Below, one piece after another: positions 56,198 through 58,155 of a stretch of DNA of 58,155 nucleotides. Location of the stretch: assembly GCA_033551855.1 (NCBI GenBank), contig JAWSUI010000021.1, positions 1 through 58,155 on the forward strand. The letters are read 5' to 3'. The position numbers were made by a program, and so were the translations under genes. Position 1 is the first letter of the stretch, and the number at the start of each line of letters is the position of its first letter. Source of the DNA: Deferrisomatales bacterium (GTDB lineage Bacteria > Desulfobacterota > Deferrisomatia > Deferrisomatales > JACRMM01). The notes beneath the pieces were generated by a model. That model was not told the DNA's origin, made no database searches, and saw only the letters and a program-made list of their open reading frames with translations.

Positions 56198-57064
56198 GTG
56201 GACTACGAGGAGTTCCTCCGGGCGGTGGCGCCGGAGCTCGGTTTGGACTGGCGCAAGTACCGACGGCGGACGTCGCGGCGGGCGGTCACAGCGCGGGTGG
56301 CGGAGCTCGGGCTCTCGAGCCTGGGGGAGTACCGGGAGAGGGTCCTGGGCGACCCCGAGGAGGCCCGGGGGCTGCCGGACCGGATGCGGGTCACGGTGTC
56401 GCGGTTCCTGCGGGAGCAATCGCGCTGGGATGCGCTCTTCGACCGCGTGATCCCCGAGCTGACCGCAGGGAGGAGCCGCTTTCGGGTGTGGAGCGCCGGG
56501 TGCTGCGGCGGGGAGGAGCCCTTCACCTTCTCGCTCCTCTGGCGGGACCGGATCGCCCCGAGCCGCCCCGGGCTCGAGCTCTCGGTGCTGGCCACCGACA
56601 TCGACCGGCCGTCCCTGGAGAGGGCAGCCCGGGGCGTCTACGGCGCCGGCAGCCTGAGGGAGGTCCCCACAGCGCTTCGCGCCTCCTGGTTCAGTGCCCA
56701 AGGGGGCCGCTGGCTGGTCTCGCCCGCGGCCCGCGGGGCCGTGTGCTTCCGGGAGCACAATCTGCTGGAGGACGCGCCCCCCCGGGGCATGGACCTCGTC
56801 CTGTGCCGGTACTTCGTCTTCACGTACTTTCGGGGGGTGCGCCGGGCCGAGGCCGTCCGGCGCCTGCACGGGGGGCTGCTCCCCGGGGGCGCGCTCGTGA
56901 TCGGCCGCAAGGAGGGGCTCACCCCGGACGACGGGAGGTTCTTCGAGGGGTGGCTCGGGGCGGAGGGGGTCCTGGCAAGACGTTCTTGGGTGCGCACGAC
57001 CCCGGGCTCTGGCAATCTGCCGCCTGAAGTGCCCGACGGGCCGGGGCGTCTGCCGCCGGGCTGA
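56198..57064 (+). CDS. cheR: CheR-type SAM-dependent methyltransferase (orphan)
   Basis: VTVSRFLRE, RVWSAGCCGGEEP, LATDID, FREHNLL, DLVLCRY, PGGALVIGRKE. Confidence 0.82.
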   Translation: MDYEEFLRAVAPELGLDWRKYRRRTSRRAVTARVAELGLSSLGEYRERVLGDPEEARGLPDRMRVTVSRFLREQSRWDALFDRVIPELTAGRSRFRVWSAGCCGGEEPFTFSLLWRDRIAPSRPGLELSVLATDIDRPSLERAARGVYGAGSLREVPTALRASWFSAQGGRWLVSPAARGAVCFREHNLLEDAPPRGMDLVLCRYFVFTYFRGVRRAEAVRRLHGGLLPGGALVIGRKEGLTPDDGRFFEGWLGAEGVLARRSWVRTTPGSGNLPPEVPDGPGRLPPG

Positions 57065-57077
57065 GGAGGAGGTGTCC

Positions 57078-58155
57078 ATGCCGATCGTCCCCGAGGGAGA
57101 GCTGCGCCGACGAATCGGCGGGCTGCAGGCGCGCCTGGGGGCCCGGAGCCTGCGCGGCGCCCTTTTCACGGCTCGGGTGGACCGCTTCTACTTCGCGGGT
57201 ACCGTGCAGGAGGGGCTGCTGTGGGTGCCCGCGGAGGGGGACCCCACCCTCTTCGTGCTGCGCGATGTGGACCGGGCGCGGCGGGAGACTCCCTGGGAGA
57301 TCGTGGCCGTCCCCGGCGGCCGGGAGCTGTGGTCCCGGGCGAGGGCGCTGGTGGCGGGGGGGGCGGCGGGCCTTTCCCTCGACGTCCTCTCGGGCCGCGA
57401 CCTGGCCCGCCTCGGCCTCCAGGACCTGCGCGACGCGGAGGACGTCGGCCCCCACGTGCTGGCTCTGCGGCGCCGAAAGAGCCCCTGGGAGATCGGTCGC
57501 CTGGAGGAGACCGGGCGCGTCGCGGTGGAGGTCTTCCGCTACGCGGGGGAGGTCCTGCGGGCCGGCATGACCGAGGCGGAGCTCGCCGGGCAGCTCTTCG
57601 CCCGGGCGATGGAGCTGGGCCACGAGGGGCTGCTCCGCTCCCGGGGCGACTTCGAGGCCTACTCCTGGCACGTGCTGTCGGGTCCCAACGCGGCGCGGCC
57701 GGGGGCCCTCGATTCCCCGATGTCCGGGGAAGGGCTCTCCCCGGCCTTCCCCTGGGGCGCCGGGCGCCGGGAGATCCGAAGGGGCGACCCCGTGATCGTG
57801 GATTTCGGGGTGAGCGTGTTCGGCTACCAGACCGACCAGACGCGCACCTTCTGCGTCGGGTCTCCCCCGGGCTGGCTTCGGGAGGCCCACGCGGGGCTCC
57901 TGGAGGTCCACGGGGCCCTCGCGGCTGCACTGCGGGCGGGGACAGCGGCGGGAGACGTGTTCGCGGCGGGCGAGCGGGGGGCGTCCCGCCTCGGCCTGGC
58001 CGGGTACCTCGGCCGCCCGGGGGGCCGGTGCCGCTTCGTCGGGCACGGCGTGGGGCTCGAGATCGTCGAGCCGCCGCTGATCGCCCAGGGCTCGCGGGAG
58101 GTGCTCGAGGCGTCGTCGGCCGTGGCCCTGGAGCCCAAGGCGGTGGTGGGGGATC
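57078..58155 (+). CDS. Xaa-Pro aminopeptidase family (M24) protein; runs off the window end
   Basis: GAGGAGGAGG RBS then ATG; RRRKSPWEI, VDFG...GYQTDQTRTF, FVGHGVGLEIVEPP, ALEPK. Confidence 0.87.
   Translation, partial: MPIVPEGELRRRIGGLQARLGARSLRGALFTARVDRFYFAGTVQEGLLWVPAEGDPTLFVLRDVDRARRETPWEIVAVPGGRELWSRARALVAGGAAGLSLDVLSGRDLARLGLQDLRDAEDVGPHVLALRRRKSPWEIGRLEETGRVAVEVFRYAGEVLRAGMTEAELAGQLFARAMELGHEGLLRSRGDFEAYSWHVLSGPNAARPGALDSPMSGEGLSPAFPWGAGRREIRRGDPVIVDFGVSVFGYQTDQTRTFCVGSPPGWLREAHAGLLEVHGALAAALRAGTAAGDVFAAGERGASRLGLAGYLGRPGGRCRFVGHGVGLEIVEPPLIAQGSREVLEASSAVALEPKAVVGD

Noticed and set aside
1..58155. tRNA or rRNA genes
   Set aside because: No cloverleaf or rRNA-like segment was recognised by eye; tRNAscan-SE would be decisive.

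Overview
A GC-rich bacterial window; gene content suggests a Deltaproteobacterium/Desulfobacterota (inference). It has three parts. (1) About 1-10.4 kb is an accessory region with mobile-element debris: a truncated P-loop replication/helicase-type gene next to phased TGACCCC repeats, a pseudogenised AbiE-like pair, fused ArdC and IS3 remnants, a Fic toxin with a convergently encoded STAIEG antitoxin, an SbcD/SbcC(YhaO/YhaN)-like nuclease-SMC pair and an ABC-class ATPase. (2) About 10.4-35.1 kb is one co-oriented minus-strand cluster of 12 genes (~24 kb) headed by tandem c-di-GMP-I (GEMM) riboswitches. It encodes a ~2790-aa DUF11/isopeptide-repeat adhesin, a 1700-aa triple-OmpA plus beta-barrel outer-membrane protein, TPR proteins resembling GltC/D/E, a GltF-like protein, an AglRQS-like (ExbB plus two ExbD) proton motor, a GltG/TonB-like transducer and Pal. 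This is the best candidate for an undescribed PMF-driven adhesin export/anchoring machine. (3) About 35.5-58 kb holds metabolic and housekeeping genes: two TRAP transporters, LutA and a LutB-LutC fusion, CYTH, DUF1848, a CPBP protease, YkgJ, a thioesterase, tag, DUF296, DUF72, a nucleoside phosphorylase, an FAD oxidoreductase followed by a probable selenocysteine rhodanese-ferritin protein with SECIS, Slp, hemerythrin, CheR and an M24 peptidase. It also contains a 193-bp tandem MITE/REPIN-like repeat. All family calls come from motif recognition; no database search was run.
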